A stretch of DNA of 64,000 nt, taken from NCBI GenBank assembly GCA_028534125.1, contig CM052817.1, forward strand, positions 77,936,001-78,000,000, in the 5' to 3' direction. Within the stretch, counting starts at the first letter, position 1; the number at the start of each line of letters is the position of its first letter. This document shows, one piece after another, positions 50,966-64,000 of this stretch. A program made the position numbers and the translations under genes. The stretch is from Lama glama. Lineage: Eukaryota. The notes under the pieces were generated by a model, which was not told the origin of the DNA, made no database searches, and saw only the letters and a list, made by a program, of their open reading frames with translations.

Positions 50966-51550
50966 GAAGCATCAATCATCAATCAGGATTCAATCAAGGA
51001 AGCAAAACCACTAGCAGATACACATATACCTAAAGATGTATTATATAGATGCAATTTTGAAGGCTGATTAAACAGTTATATGAGGCTGTAGTTTCTGTTT
51101 CTGGTCTTGGGCAATCACTCAGAAAGGAAATATGGACAAGTGGGGAAAGTCACATGAACTGGGATCCTTTGAGGATGAGCTGAAACTCATGCCAGTCTCC
51201 CCCTACGTCCAAGTCCTCTACTACAGCAATGGGTGATCTGCAGAAGTGAATGCTCTTCGTATGGAGCTACCATGCCCCTGGCCCAGGGGTCAGGGAAGCT
51301 GAAAGAGGGACTGGAGGAGCTGCAGGCCCAGCTGCTGGCCTACACCAGTGTACCGCTGGATAGATGACAGTGTGTGAGCTGCAGTGGCACCTGTACTTCG
51401 TGCTTACATTATGAAAAAAAACAGTGCTGCTGCTTCACCTCCAGGTTCTAAATCTCATGAGAAACATCTCTGTGGCCCAGTCAACTTGGAAATAATCAGG
51501 GAAGGGCATTCTGGTAAACAGCTCCAACTTAGCTATGTTAACACAATACA
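50966..51550. mobile_element. ERVL-type LTR (LTR33/MLT2-like) inserted in the old L1
   Basis: aatcaggattcaatcaaggaagcaaaaccact...gaagggcattctggtaaacagctccaacttagctatgttaacaca, with L1 sequence resuming on both sides. Confidence 0.65.
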
Positions 51551-51653
51551 AGTTCACCACTTCTATGTGTGAGCCTTTCTGAACTCTGTTCTGCTTCATT
51601 GGTTTGTCTATTCTTGCAGCAATCCACACTGATGTAATTTATAATAGGACTTT

Positions 51654-52706
51654 GTTTTGGTTGTCTATTTTGTGATTCCTTTTTTTTATTGAGGTATAGT
51701 CAATTTACAATGTTATGTTAATTGCTGGTGTATAGCATACAGATTCAGTTATACATATATATCTCTTCCTTTTCATATTCTTTTTCAATATAGGCTATTA
51801 CAAGGTACTGAATATAGTACCCTATGCTATAGGATAAGAACATCTATCTGTTCCATATGTAGCAGTTAGTATTTGCAAACCCTGAGCTCCCAATTTATCC
51901 CTTCCTACCAACCCCCGCTCCCCACTCCGGTAGTCATCAGTTTGTTTTCTATGTCTGTAAGTCTGTTTCTGTTTTGTGAATAAGTTCATTTGTGTCATTT
52001 CTTCAGATTCCACATATAAATGATATCATATGGTATTTTTCTTTCTCTTTCTGGCTTACTTCACTTAGTATGATGAGCTCCAAGTCCAGCCATGTTGCTG
52101 CAAATGGCATTATTTTATTCTTTTTTGTGGCTGAGTAATATTCCATTATATATATATATCCCACAAATTCTTTATCCAATCATCTGTTGATGGACATTTG
52201 GATTGCGTCCATGTCTTGGCTTTTGTAAATAGTGCTTCTGTGAGCATTGGGGTGCATGTATCTTTTTGAATTAATTTCCTCTGGTTCTGTGCCCAGGAAT
52301 GGGATTGCATATGGTATGTGTATTTTTGTTTTTTAAAGGAATCTCCATACTGTTTTCCATATGGTTGCACCAAACTACATTCCCAGCAACAGTGTAAGAG
52401 GATTCCCTTTTCTTCACAGCCTTTCTAGCATTATTTTTTGTGGGCATTTTAATAATGGCCATTCTGACTGATGTGAGGTGGTGTCTCATTGTAGTTTTGA
52501 TTTTCATTTCTCTGATGATTAGTGACACTGAGCATTATTTTCATGTGCCTGTTGGCCATTTGTGTGTCTTCACTGGAGAAATATTTGTTAGGTCTTCAGC
52601 CCATTTTTTGATTTGTTGTTTGTTTTTCTTTATTGAGTTGTATGACCTGTTTGTATATCCTGGAAGTTAAGCCCTGGTCAGTTACATCATTTGCAAGTAT
52701 TTCCTC
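51654..52706 (-). mobile_element. Younger 5'-truncated L1 (~1.05 kb; ORF2 C-terminus plus 3'UTR), cetartiodactyl-type
   Basis: Minus-strand ORFs read SLIIREMKIKTTMRHHLTSVRMAIIK and QKDTCTPM...CPSTDDWIK (L1 ORF2). A poly-T lies at ~51679-51690, with TSD ataataggacttt (51641-51653) / ataacagggcttt (52707-52719). Confidence 0.95.
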
Positions 52707-53859
52707 ATAACAGGGCTTTATATTTGATAATGTAATACTCCAGATTTTTTTCTTCTTCAGTTTACCTTAAATAGGCTTAGCCTTTTGCATTTGCATGTGA
52801 ATTTTAGCATCACTCTGTCAATTTCCATAAAAAAACTGTTGAGATTTGATTGGGGGTACATTGAATCTATATTTCAATTGGTGTATAATTGACACATTTA
52901 CATTACTGAAAATTTCAATTCATGAACATGGTAACACTTTCCATTTATTTTGACCATCTTTAATATCTTTCATGTTTTTACATTTTCAGTATAAAATTCT
53001 GGCATGTATGTCATTAGATGTATTTTTTTGATGTCATTCTAAAATACATCTTTTAAAATAGTTCATTTTCTATTTTTATTTTAGCTATGTATAACTACAA
53101 TTCTTTTTTGTTTATGTTATTTTCAGAAATATTGCTAAACTTACTTTTTAATTAGTATCATTTTCTGAAGACTCTGAAGCTTCTACTCAGAAAAGCATGT
53201 AGAAAGGGATAATAATTATAGTTTTATTTCTCCCTTTTCATCATATAACTATTATTTTCTTTTATTGTCTTCTTGCACTAGCTAGGACTCAGTTGAACAG
53301 AAATGGTTATAATAGATTTTACGTGATTGATCTTAATCTTGAAAGAAAGCTTTCAGTAATTCACCATTAAGTATTATTTACTATAAAATTTTGTATCCAA
53401 TCAGATGAAGGAATCTCCCTTCTATTCCTCTGTTGAGAAAACTTGTACCATAATAGGTAACAAAAACTATAGCTCTTTTTAGTTGTACTTTTAAAATTTT
53501 CTATCAGAAAAATTACTTAGGGGTTGCTAATGGAGATGTCTGGAAAACCTTTCCCCTCTCATTCTAATTTCCAGCAAATAAATACATTTCCTATATTTTC
53601 AGAATATCACTTCCTCCTCTACTATACTCATTTCTTTCCTTAATATAAACCTATAATAGCAACAATTTTTGTTCCTTTCCGCATATTAATTATTAATAAT
53701 TGAGGTGAAATAATGGATAGAATTTTATTTTTAAAAGACAGGTAAATGTATGGATACTATAGTTATGAAAATTTTTGTAGCCACTGTTTGCCTTTGATGC
53801 AATGGAGATAGAGCCCTCAGGGGAAAAGGCTAGTGTAGACAGAACTGGTTCATTTGAGA

Positions 53860-54115
53860 GAGAGAGTGTGTTTATTATAGTGGTTAAAAGCCTGGGCTCT
53901 GGAGCCAAACTTCTTGAATTGAAATTTCAGCTCTGCCATTTGTAGACTATATTATCTTGAAAATTTAATTTTTAGTTAATTTCAGATTTCTCATTTGATA
54001 ATTGGGCTGACATAATTCCTGGTTTATGAGGTTTGGTCAAAGAGTTTGTAAATGAAGTACAGATAACAATGTTTGACACGTAAGTACTACCCAAGCAAGT
54101 GTTCTCTATTATCAT
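53860..54115 (+). mobile_element. MIR SINE
   Basis: tagtggttaaaagcctgggctctggagccaaac...cagctctgccattt...tcagatttctcatttg. Confidence 0.85.
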
Positions 54116-54519
54116 CATCCCAACAGCAGTATCACCACACACTTCCCAGGCAACAGCTGGCCAATTCTTCACTGTTATGAACTGTGAAGAATTGAAACAG
54201 TGAGGAGGGTGGTATAAGTAGAGAATTATGCAAGATAAAATTTTTGGTGAAAAGCAGCATTCAATATTATGTAACTATAGCTGAGACTAATATGGGTCTT
54301 CATGTTTTTGCTAATTACACGATGACTGTATCCATGACATTTTAATTGCAAATAATGTTCCTTTTTCTGCTGTTTATTTGCTATCTTATAGCCATATAGT
54401 GTTTGAGTTCAATCAATATGAACAAAATGAACCTACTTAGTCATCACCAATGCTGGGTCTATGCATACACTTATTATGCAGAAGAGATGGCCAGCCTTCA
54501 ACTAAAGATTCATGCTTTT

Positions 54520-54888
54520 CTTCCATTGTGTAGATTTTTTGCTGTAAAGTTAATGGCAGATCAGAAACTATCGTTCTCAGCCCTCCTAACTTTGAATCTA
54601 GATGGGAGCATTTGAGTAATTTCTCTCTGTGGAATGTGGGTAGAAGTGACTTGTGGATAAGAAGCAAATGTATCTTGTCTACATATCTTTCCTCATCCAT
54701 TGGCTGAAGAGGAGGATGCAACCACAAACCGAAAGAAGATTTGATTCCTGAAAGATTATGATGAAATCTCTTAACTAGGAAAACCCTTAGGAGATGGTGA
54801 CATGAGCAAGAGATATACTTAATTTGCTAAGCCTTTAAGATTTCAGTGTTTATCAGTTAGAGCAGCTAGCATTGTTTTAACAAATATA
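54520..54888 (+). mobile_element. Old MaLR LTR remnant (MLT1J/K-like)
   Basis: catgagcaagagatatacttaatttgctaagcctttaagatttcagtgtttatcagttagagcagctagc, resembling an MLT1 3' end. Confidence 0.55.
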
Positions 54889-57800
54889 TTGTTCTCTGTT
54901 TCAGTTGCTCAGGACGTGATTCAATTCCCTAAGGAGTTGAAACTGAGAGGAATATAATACAGTTGAGATAACATATAAAAGATAAAGGAAAGAGACATTT
55001 GAATCCCCTTTAATCTAGGTTCCTTCATTTATCTGAGTTTTAGTCAATCAGTTACCCATTTAAATAGCGAATCTCTGGTCGTAGTCTTTACAGTTATATT
55101 TTACATTTGATTTATGTGTGTGTTTGCCATTGGGTTTTTTGTTTGGCTGGCTGTGTATATACATTTGAGTTTAAAGATGAAAACTCTGCTTGCAAACTTC
55201 CATAAAATAATGGAAAAAAAATCATTCACCATTTTTTGTTGTTGCTGACATCTTTTTGTTTAACAGTCTGGAAGATAATCTACAGAGAGATGAGACTGTA
55301 AGGGGCATGGGGAAATAACTAAAGATTATTTAAATACCTTCTCAGAATTTGGGTTATTAGCTAGAAGGCATCTTGTTTCATTGAGCCCAGTTATGATTTG
55401 GGATGGGTAAGCAGCTGATGGGAAGGACCTAGTAAGGGATTTGAGTTCATGGGCAAAACATGGGAGAAGGAAGAACAGTTGCTACATGGATGTTGTTTGG
55501 AGGAGAGTAAAAAAGGAAAAACTGGTTAGTCTGGCTGTGATGGAAATCTGAAACACAGAAATGCCTAATAGACAAGTTTAAATTTGTTTGTAGTGAATTG
55601 GGCAATATACACCCCTCCTTTAGCTTGCCTGAGAAATATTCAATTCATGCTACACTGTTGGTTAATGTTTTTATGATTTTTTTAAAGCATCCTCTTTTTG
55701 ATTTGATATATTTCTAAAACAGAAATAACATATGAGGACCCAGGAGTAGACTGGTCTAGGTGCTGCAGATATCTGGATTATGGAGATCTATTTTATTTCC
55801 TTTGTTTTTCCCCCTAAAATTTAAATTTAGGAGATATGCCTAGTCAGGTAGGAGTGAAAATTTTATTTCTAGGACAATTTGAAAATGAGGAATTCTGGGG
55901 TAAAGCTTAAAGTAGGCTTTCCTCCTTTAGATCGCTATATATTTGATGTTTCACTCTACTTCCTTTTCTTTCATTTGTCTTTATGTCTGTCTTTCTTCAC
56001 TCTTCTCTTTTTTACTTCTAGAAGTATTTTAATTTTAAAATACAAAGTTTGATTATGTTAATACTTTCATTTTCATGGCTTTGGTTACTATTTTGGTTGA
56101 TTGAAGAAAGTAGGCATTAATTTTCTTTCTCTAGTGTTAGGGCCATTATTTACTTCTCTCATTAACATGATTAGAGACAAAACAGTGACCAAAATCAACC
56201 TTGGTCAAGAACAATTGGGCAACTGGTAATGCATCTTTTCTTTCCTACCCAACAAGAAAGCTACTTCTTTGTATCTGCTCCCCTAGTTGTGTGGGAGAGG
56301 CTTCTGACCAAATTAGTCAGCATCGAATTATGTAACTGCATCGAATTATGGAAACTGAACTGATCTACTACCAGAAAAGCTGATCTTTTGGTATGTAGTA
56401 TGTCATTCTGTTCTGTTCAAAATTATTTAGGGAAGCTAAACTGACAAAGCACACATCTGGAAATTTTGTCTGGAAATTGGAAATACTTACAAAATAATTT
56501 TTATAGAAACTAAAACTAAAATTAATTTTAGATTCTTAAATTGAAGATAGCATCTACCAAATATTTCAAATTGTCTTTCTCTGACACCAGATGTATCTTT
56601 CTTTATTGCTAGAATAAAGTTTTTGCTGTCTTTTATGGCTATCTGAAACATTTCCATCCTTTTGTGTTGTGCAGTATTTGTGTCATACATTTACGTTTTA
56701 AAAGTTGTAGTCTATGCAGTGTGACTTTCAAACAATCGACAAACCTATTCCCATGTCAACCCCTCTGCTTAATCAGCAGTCACTTTATTCCTACTCTTTT
56801 CAAAGGCACTTGAACTGCCTGAAAAGCTAAAGGACAATTCAAGTGAGTGTGCTGGGCTGGTCCCTGCCAGTGTTTGTCTATTGAAATTCACGTATGTAAT
56901 CTTCTGGTGAAGAAGGGTGGTGATTCAATGGCACCATCACAGCTATGGGGAACAGATGTCCTAAAATTAAAGGAAAGGAAGTTTCCCTCCAGAAGGTGGA
57001 GTTAATTTTTCTTATTCTGGGTAATTGAGTGTGTGGTGATTGTGAGGTGGAAGATAAAGACTAAAGTTAGGGAGAGAAGACATTTTACAGTAGCAGTGCA
57101 TGATCCTACAGTCCCTACTTGTTTGGCAAACATATCCTGAATGGGTTTGTCAAGTGGTATGCTGCCTTATCCATCACTTGCTAGATTCTGGTGAACATCT
57201 CCACCTTGCTGATTTAAATATACACTCAATATCATCCAGAATTCTTGGTACTTAACGCATAAAACTATTAGGTATTATTGATAAAAAGATGTGTTTTTAT
57301 TTTTCTGTTTATTTTACTGTAGACCACTGGGTGCTGATAGGCTTAAGTTCCTTGAATCTTTGAAATAATGTTCTAATTTTTATTTTAGGAAACCAGATTT
57401 GGCCAAAAGTAAATATAACAAGAAACTGAAATATAAATCATCTTGGCTATGAACAAAACATTCAATTTAAGAAATTTATTTGACTCTGTCAGGTTTTTTT
57501 TTTTCTTTTTTGAGTTGATGGGAGGTGTAGCATGGAGCTGAAACTTGAGAAATGTATGTGCTATTAGGACAGACAATTTTTTGAAAATTTCAATTCCCAA
57601 TTTGAGAGGGTTTCATTGTAGACTTAAGTACAAGTTGGCTCTGTTCAAAATGTGAATATTGATATACTAGGAAGAAAATGTTGATGAAAGATTAGTAAAC
57701 AAATGATGACAGTACTTATCTTGACGTATTCACAACAACTAACCCTGAGACCAAGATGCAGCTGTCACATCATCATTGTCCACAGTGGAAAAAGCGTAGT

Positions 57801-60361
57801 TTCAAACACATTTGAGCTTGGTTTGGGTCATTAGCTATAATAAGGAGAAGTTATTTTACATCCTTGGAGCTTCAGCCTTGATTATTAATAAAAGTAACAT
57901 TTCTCTCCCCAGAGGGCTGTTTTGATTTATACAAAGTAGATGTGAGTATTTTTTTTTTCCCTAACGTGGTAAGATGCCAGCAGCAGACTGTTTTATCAAA
58001 CAGCAATGTGGGGATTCTTGATAGAACACCTTCTAGAGGTACTGAAAGCAATTGAATAATGTACTGAAATATGAATTTACTCAAAAACACATCAGAGACT
58101 GAGTTGGGGAGATACATGTCAATTCAAGGCATGGTTTCTTTTGTCTAAATCAGTGTTGTTGAGCCACATCCATCTGTATATGTAAAGCTAATTTGGTAAC
58201 AGCCTCTTTATTACTAAGCCAGAACTCATTTCACTTGATGGTTTCATTTTAAATGTATGAACTGTATTAAATAACATTCCAATAAGTAATAGAAATTTAA
58301 CTCAAAGAATATGGAAAGAAAAGCCATACAGTCACATTCAGAACCAGTTGGAAGCTGGCACCTGACAATGATTAACAGGTTGAACAGATTAGACTAGACC
58401 TAAATCTCTGTAAATAAAATGAAAGACAGAAAATCTTTTTATTGAAAACAACACTAACAACAGGTCTATGAGATCTGAAAAAATTGATTTGTTTCTGTAT
58501 TATCAATCAATAATAGGATAGGCTGGAAGATTTTGAACACACCATACAAAACAGGAAACAAAATTAGTCAACTATCCCAAGACTTTATCTGATTAAAACC
58601 AGCCTTCTGAGTATTTGAAACACCAAATTATTGTTGAAAAATGTCAATTATGAATGGATGTTTGACCTCTTACAGATATATTACTAATAAATAAAGCAAT
58701 AATATTAATAAGTTTAATTTATGAAATAGTTAAAAAGTACTTTTGTGTAGTCAAAAATGAAGCAGTCATTTAAATTTGTCTAAATAATTTTGATTAAAAT
58801 ATTGGATATAGTGTGCTCTACTCAAATTGAGTGCCCACGGTGGGTGAACTACTCATTTCTTTACTTCATTTTGCATCATGAAGATAAGCCTGAATTAGTG
58901 ATTACGTTTTGTAAAGAAGACAATATTTTCCAAAAAACCATTTGAATATAAAAAATGTAGATATTACTATAATATGTTATATAAATAGAGTTTGCTGAAC
59001 TCTAATTTGTAAAATTTATTTATGTATACTAATTTTATATTTGCTAAAACAAAATAGGGATTTCTAATGTTATAGAGAACATACAAAGCCCTAAAATAAA
59101 TCCTAATGGATAGTGCCATTTTAAAAAACAAGTGTTATAGCACAGCACACTGTATGTGCAGAAGAAAACCAAACTTTGAAGAGACACCCTTCTTCAGATA
59201 TTGGCTCTTTCTTAGACAAACCTGTCTTCTGAAAGATAAAACAATTCTCTAATCTTTCATCACCGTGTCTCCTAAATACACCCAGGAAATCGATTCAGAA
59301 TTAGTTGGTGAGGTGAATACAAGGGGAGCTTGTTCGTATGTGTTTACTGCCCATTCCCAGAATAAAACACGTTTTCTCAGCAAATTTCTTTCATTGAATT
59401 TTATGTCCAGAGTTTTACTTGGACATAATTTCAGAGATGTGACATACAAATAAGTGAAAAATAAATAAAATAAAATAAGATAAAGTGAAGTAAAATAATG
59501 ATCTTGGCCCTCAAATCATGCAGTTTTTCCTCTAAACAAATCTTCCTTATTGGCGATCTGGCTCAAATTATATGTATATAGAAATATCCTGGGTAAGTAA
59601 CATGAACAAAGCATAGTATCTGGTTGAGATAAAAGTCCTCTTTGAATATTGTTTGTAACTTGAAGACTTTGCTCACTCATTGGATAGATTCCATTAAACA
59701 CAGCCGGGAGCAATATATAGTGTGGATTATGTGACTTTGCTGTAATGGACATGCAGATACATATTTTTCACATACAATATACAAACATCTCAGCAGGACA
59801 ATTGGATAATGGAGCCAAAAAATCAGAAAACTGGCAAATGTTCAATGGATTACTATGGCTTGATTCCACACTTCAAATATAATGAACATTTAATTCATCT
59901 AATGTCTTTTTTTTAATTGGAGACACATTGGTAGAGGGGCATTTGAGTTCACAAACACTCTCAATTACTTCCATGTTAACCGCATTTCACAAACTTCCAA
60001 CTTGTGAACTATTTTCTAAAAAAAAAACATATAGGAGAACTTGCAGACTTTGACCAACTCAAGTTTTCATTCCTCCTTTTTGTTCTTTTTTTTGGCTTTG
60101 CCTCTTCAATTATGCTTCCCTGAAGTCAGATTTCATGTCTCATTCTCATGTGGCAATTTAAATGTAATTGTAATTATTGCATTTTTAGGAACTAAAAATT
60201 TAAGTTAATTTTGCCAAAAAGTGCCAGGTTAATGTCAAACTTTCAAAGTGTTTCCTGAATGTTACCGCTTGTTACCTTTTATGATTGTACAAGCCAAACC
60301 ATAGTTAATAATAAAAATGTCTTGATTTGCATAGCTTTACAGTTTAAAAAGGCCAAGTTTT

Positions 60362-60492
60362 CGTTTATTTAGCCAATGAATGTTTGTTGAGCACATACAA
60401 CATACAACATGCCAAAAGTTTTCTTAGAGTCAGAAAATAAAATGGAGGAGAGATAGTACTGGTTCCTTCTCTCATGAAACTTTCAGTCTAGC
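60362..60492 (-). mobile_element. L2 3' fragment
   Basis: aatgtttgttgagcac...catgcca...ttccttctctcatgaaactttcagtctag. Confidence 0.7.
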
Positions 60493-60499
60493 CTTACCT

Positions 60500-62420
60500 C
60501 CAAGTAACTGATGCCCTAAACTTTGCATTCTGACTTACCCAGTGTAATTATGTCCCTAAACAATAAGCTTTTCAGTTGTGCCTGTTTTTTTGCCCTTATA
60601 TATGGAATCATACTATCCATGTTCCTCTGTGGCTTTCTTTTTCATCCATAATTTTTTTCATATTTTTCATGTCTTTGCATACTTATAGTTGTCTATTTTC
60701 ATTGCTGTATATTATGAATGTACCACTATTCATTAGTTGGTAAATCTAGTGCTGGGGTAAATTTATGTGTTCCAATTACCCCACATCTCAAACAACTCTT
60801 GGAATTTTGTTAAATTTATAATTTTTTGCCAAAATGATAGATCAGAAAGGTACCTCATTGTGTTTTTAATTAGGATTTCCTTAATTACTAATGAAGTTAG
60901 AATTTTTCACAAGTTTATTGATCATTTTTTAAAGTCTTGCCATCTATCCTATTTTAATTTTTTTGTTCATACATATTCTATGATATATATTATATTTTCT
61001 AAGTACTAATGTTTTGTAAGTAATAAGTGTTTTCTGGATATTTTCTTCCAGTTATGGCTTGCCTTTCTACTTTCTTTTTTGAAACGTAAGTTTCCATAAA
61101 TTCTTGATAATTAAAAGTTCTTAAAATGATGTCATCTAACTTATCAATGTTTTTATGCATAATTTTTGCTGTGCCATGTCTAAGAATTTTTTTTACCCTA
61201 GAGTTACAACAGTATTCTCCTATGCATTCTTCTGAAAATTTTAAATCCTTGTATATCTAGAAAGGTTTTTTTATGGGTTTCTTTGCAGGGTTCCAGTTTA
61301 CCTATGTAGAATCAATTTTTGAAGTACCAGCTTATTGAACAGTGTATTTTTTCTCCATTGATCTTTAATGCCAGTACCATCATATACTTGATTTCTACTT
61401 CTACCCTGTGAGATAGAAACACCAGTGCAATGTTAAAGTAAGGTGTTGATAGCAGCATCTTTATAATGTTCATTATACTGAAAGGAAAGCTTCAAATAGT
61501 TCGTTGTGTACCTTTACTGTGATTTATTTTTAGACAACTCATATATTTAGAAAGTTTCCCTTTATTTCTAGTTTGCTAAAAGTGTTTTTTTTTAACCAAG
61601 CTCTTCTTCTGTGCCTATTTTACATACACTTACAGACTTTACAATATCCAGCCTATCTCGTAGTTCTGAGATAAGCTTAATCATGGTTTTATTCATTTTA
61701 TATATGGTGGGATTCAATTAGCTAGTAATTGGTTTATAATTTTTTTATCTGTGTTTATAAATGAATTGTCCTGCAGTCATTCCTTTCTTTTATCCTTGTA
61801 AAGCTTTGGTCTTGACCTTCAGGAAGTCAACTATACAGTGTTTTCACCTCTTCTATATCCTAGAAAAGGTTATAAAGATTGACGTTATGTTTTTAATTTC
61901 TCAATTTTGAATGTCTGGTAAACTTACCAATGAAGTCATCAGTGACTGACGTTTGTTGCATTTGTGGTAATTTCTTCTGATCTATATTTCAGTCCACTAA
62001 TTGTGTGTTGTACACGTATGTCCAAATGTGGCCAATGAGTTTTAATTTTAGTTATGATATTATTAATTCTACATTTACTTTCTTTATTTTTTGGATTTTT
62101 CTATAGTTTCTGGTTCTTCACAGATATTTTCATTTGTCACTCCTTTCTTTAAACACAATAAGTGTATTGGTTTTTAATATTAATTTATTTAATAATTCTA
62201 ATATTTGATGTACTCAAATGTTTACTTCTGTTATTTTTTTCTTCAGGTGTCTCTCATATTGCCTTGTTTGTGAACTTTGTTTTCTTTGGCTGTTTCCTAG
62301 TCATTGTCTACAAAAAATTATTTGACAGGTTCATCAAGTTCAAAGATAGATGTGACATTTTCCGTATAGAGTTTGCTTTTGCTTCTTCCAGTTTCCTAGA
62401 TATGCCAAGAATTAGGGCAA
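60500..62420 (-). mobile_element. Heavily decayed old L1 (L1ME/L1M-like), fragmented
   Basis: tatatggaatcatactat...ttttcattgctgtat...ctcattgtgtttttaatt...cagcttattgaacagt...gaaagtttccctttatttctagtttgctaa...gaatgtctggtaaacttacc. Confidence 0.75.
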
Positions 62421-64000
62421 ACCCAAGTCATTTATACAACTCCAGATTGTGTGATCCATCCAGAATTAATATACTTAGTGGAGAAATTCATGTCAGAGCA
62501 ACATGTGGTCACAACTTTGCAGAGACTTTTTTCCCTTCTTTCTTTTTATTTCTTTTCCTTTATCACTTATGCTCAACTCCAAGAGAGCCTTATGTTCCAT
62601 TTCTTGGTATTGGAGACATGAGTAGACTTTGGATCATATGTAGGTCTTTGGACTCTTAGGTTAATTTTGAGAAGGTTTTTCTTTTGTTTTGTTTTTTGTT
62701 TTTTTAGTAATATTTCCCTAGCATGGTGCTAAGCATCTAAAAATACTTAATAAATATTAGAAAATATTATTATGCAGATAATCCTCAATGAACATTTATT
62801 AAGTTTTCAGTTTTTCATAGTACTCTACCACGTTCTGCAAAGATAATGCTTTTGTCTTGAACATTTTGCAATACACTGACTATTTATTATGAACCTTAAG
62901 TTGGCCCTATGCATAAGGCAAGGGGTTAGATGTTTGGATTCAAAGATGTATAGGGCTAAACCCTTAAACTTTCTATTTAGTGGGGGATTTACATTATTAC
63001 TGCAAAGCTGGTTAAGGCTTAGGAAGAACAACCAAAAGGCATCTAATAGTTATCCCAGGAATTGAATTTACCTTGTTCCAACTGCTGTTTTGCTGGTATG
63101 ATAAGGGAGAGCCTGCTCAGTTAATTTATTATTGGTAGGAAAGGACAAGAGAGCTCCTTGCAGGTATGCAGATTCTTAATTTTCCAATAAGATATGTCAC
63201 TTTGCTTCCTCAGTAAGGAGTGAAGGTGTGGAGAGGAGACAAGCTGTAATTCTTAAACCTTCTCCTTACTTAATATGCCCCCAGGACAGAAGGGAGAGAG
63301 GGAAGGATGCTTTCCTTCCAAACAGTACTGGCAATGATGTCAGCACCCAAACGTTGTAGAGTTCAAGTTGCACCAGATTACTCAGGGCCATAAAAATGTC
63401 ACGCTGCTGTATGTTTTATTTAGAAGAGACTGAGGAAAGACTACATGATTTTGAATGGAAAAGTGGCAGGGTGAAAGTGTACTCTAGAAAGCACCGCAAA
63501 CAGTGACTTAGATAACCAGGAGGACTTGAAAAATGTTGGCTACATAGGGTTCCCAGCTTTGATATTATTATTATGAGGTGGTGAGAGTCTGAATGTTGGT
63601 GTGGCACATTTGGGTTTATTTTAGTTTACTTTTATAAGGCTTTCAAGATATCTTTAACTTGCAGAGTGACCAAAGTATTCTCTAATTTATGTGATTTGGT
63701 TCACTAAGGAGGCTTACGTTCTAAGCAAAATGTAAATAGCTACCTTGTAAAAATGTATCATTTTTAAATAAGTACCTGTTAAAAGGCACACATAGTCATT
63801 TGTAAAAATAAACACCTCCTTCCACTTTTTTTTTCTTTTTGAGCTCTAGACTTTCAGCTAACATCTACAGACTATTAGAGTGTAGTCATAAGATTTTTTT
63901 AAACTCTCATGCTTTTAAAATTTTTAATGTCAAAAATTTGGAGCCAGACTTATTATGTCCTGGGAGAGACTTATTTCAAAAAATAAAATGGAGTTGTCAG

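Larger units (their letters stand above)
50235..53440 (-). mobile_element. Old L1 (L1MC/L1ME-like) 3' region, split into three pieces by two later insertions
   Basis: gctgtgaacattcttgtacatgtc...gttgctccacatc...ttgtcataagtcaag | ...ctctgttctgcttcattgg | ...ttgaatctatat...catgaacatgg...gaaagctttcagtaattcaccattaagta. Confidence 0.85.

Noticed and set aside
56320..56356. Tandem duplication of gcatcgaattatg (18-bp period)
   Set aside because: Only two copies; an ordinary slippage duplication, not a repeat-spacer array
59552..59563. 12-nt match (ggcgatctggct) to the 7SK 5' region
   Set aside because: Similarity does not extend on either side
62162..62659. 165-aa hydrophobic ORF
   Set aside because: Non-ATG start, lies in T-rich antisense old-L1-like sequence, and shows no recognisable domain
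1..64000. Prokaryote-style systems (CRISPR, operons, defence islands), tRNA/rRNA/snRNA genes, NUMTs
   Set aside because: The sequence is mammalian nuclear DNA, and I recognised no repeat-spacer array, long ORF or RNA-gene signature by eye

Overview
AT-rich, CpG-depleted placental-mammal genomic DNA that looks intergenic or deep-intronic. I found no recognisable protein-coding gene, RNA gene or CRISPR-like array, and the listed ORFs are chance frames, transposon remnants or artefacts of a 500-N gap (49323-49822). Most interpretable sequence is transposon fossils: MIR, L2, old and younger L1, MLT1/MaLR LTRs including one LTR-internal-LTR element, ERV1 and ERVL LTRs, an internally deleted Tigger7 and a Charlie1-family hAT. 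Microsatellites are also present. The young L1 3' ends look cetartiodactyl, and I saw no Alu, CHR, PRE1, Bov-tA or Can-SINE copies, which suggests a camelid (inference). The best non-repeat signals are a near-consensus CTCF site (27001-27019), a CpG- and motif-rich enhancer-like island (~28260-28640) and two well-formed plus-strand exon candidates (40972-41067, 41669-41843). An ERV1 LTR with an intact target-site duplication spans the assembly gap. I cannot support a novel biological system here. Repeat family names come from recalled consensus sequences, and boundaries are approximate unless a TSD or TIR is given.
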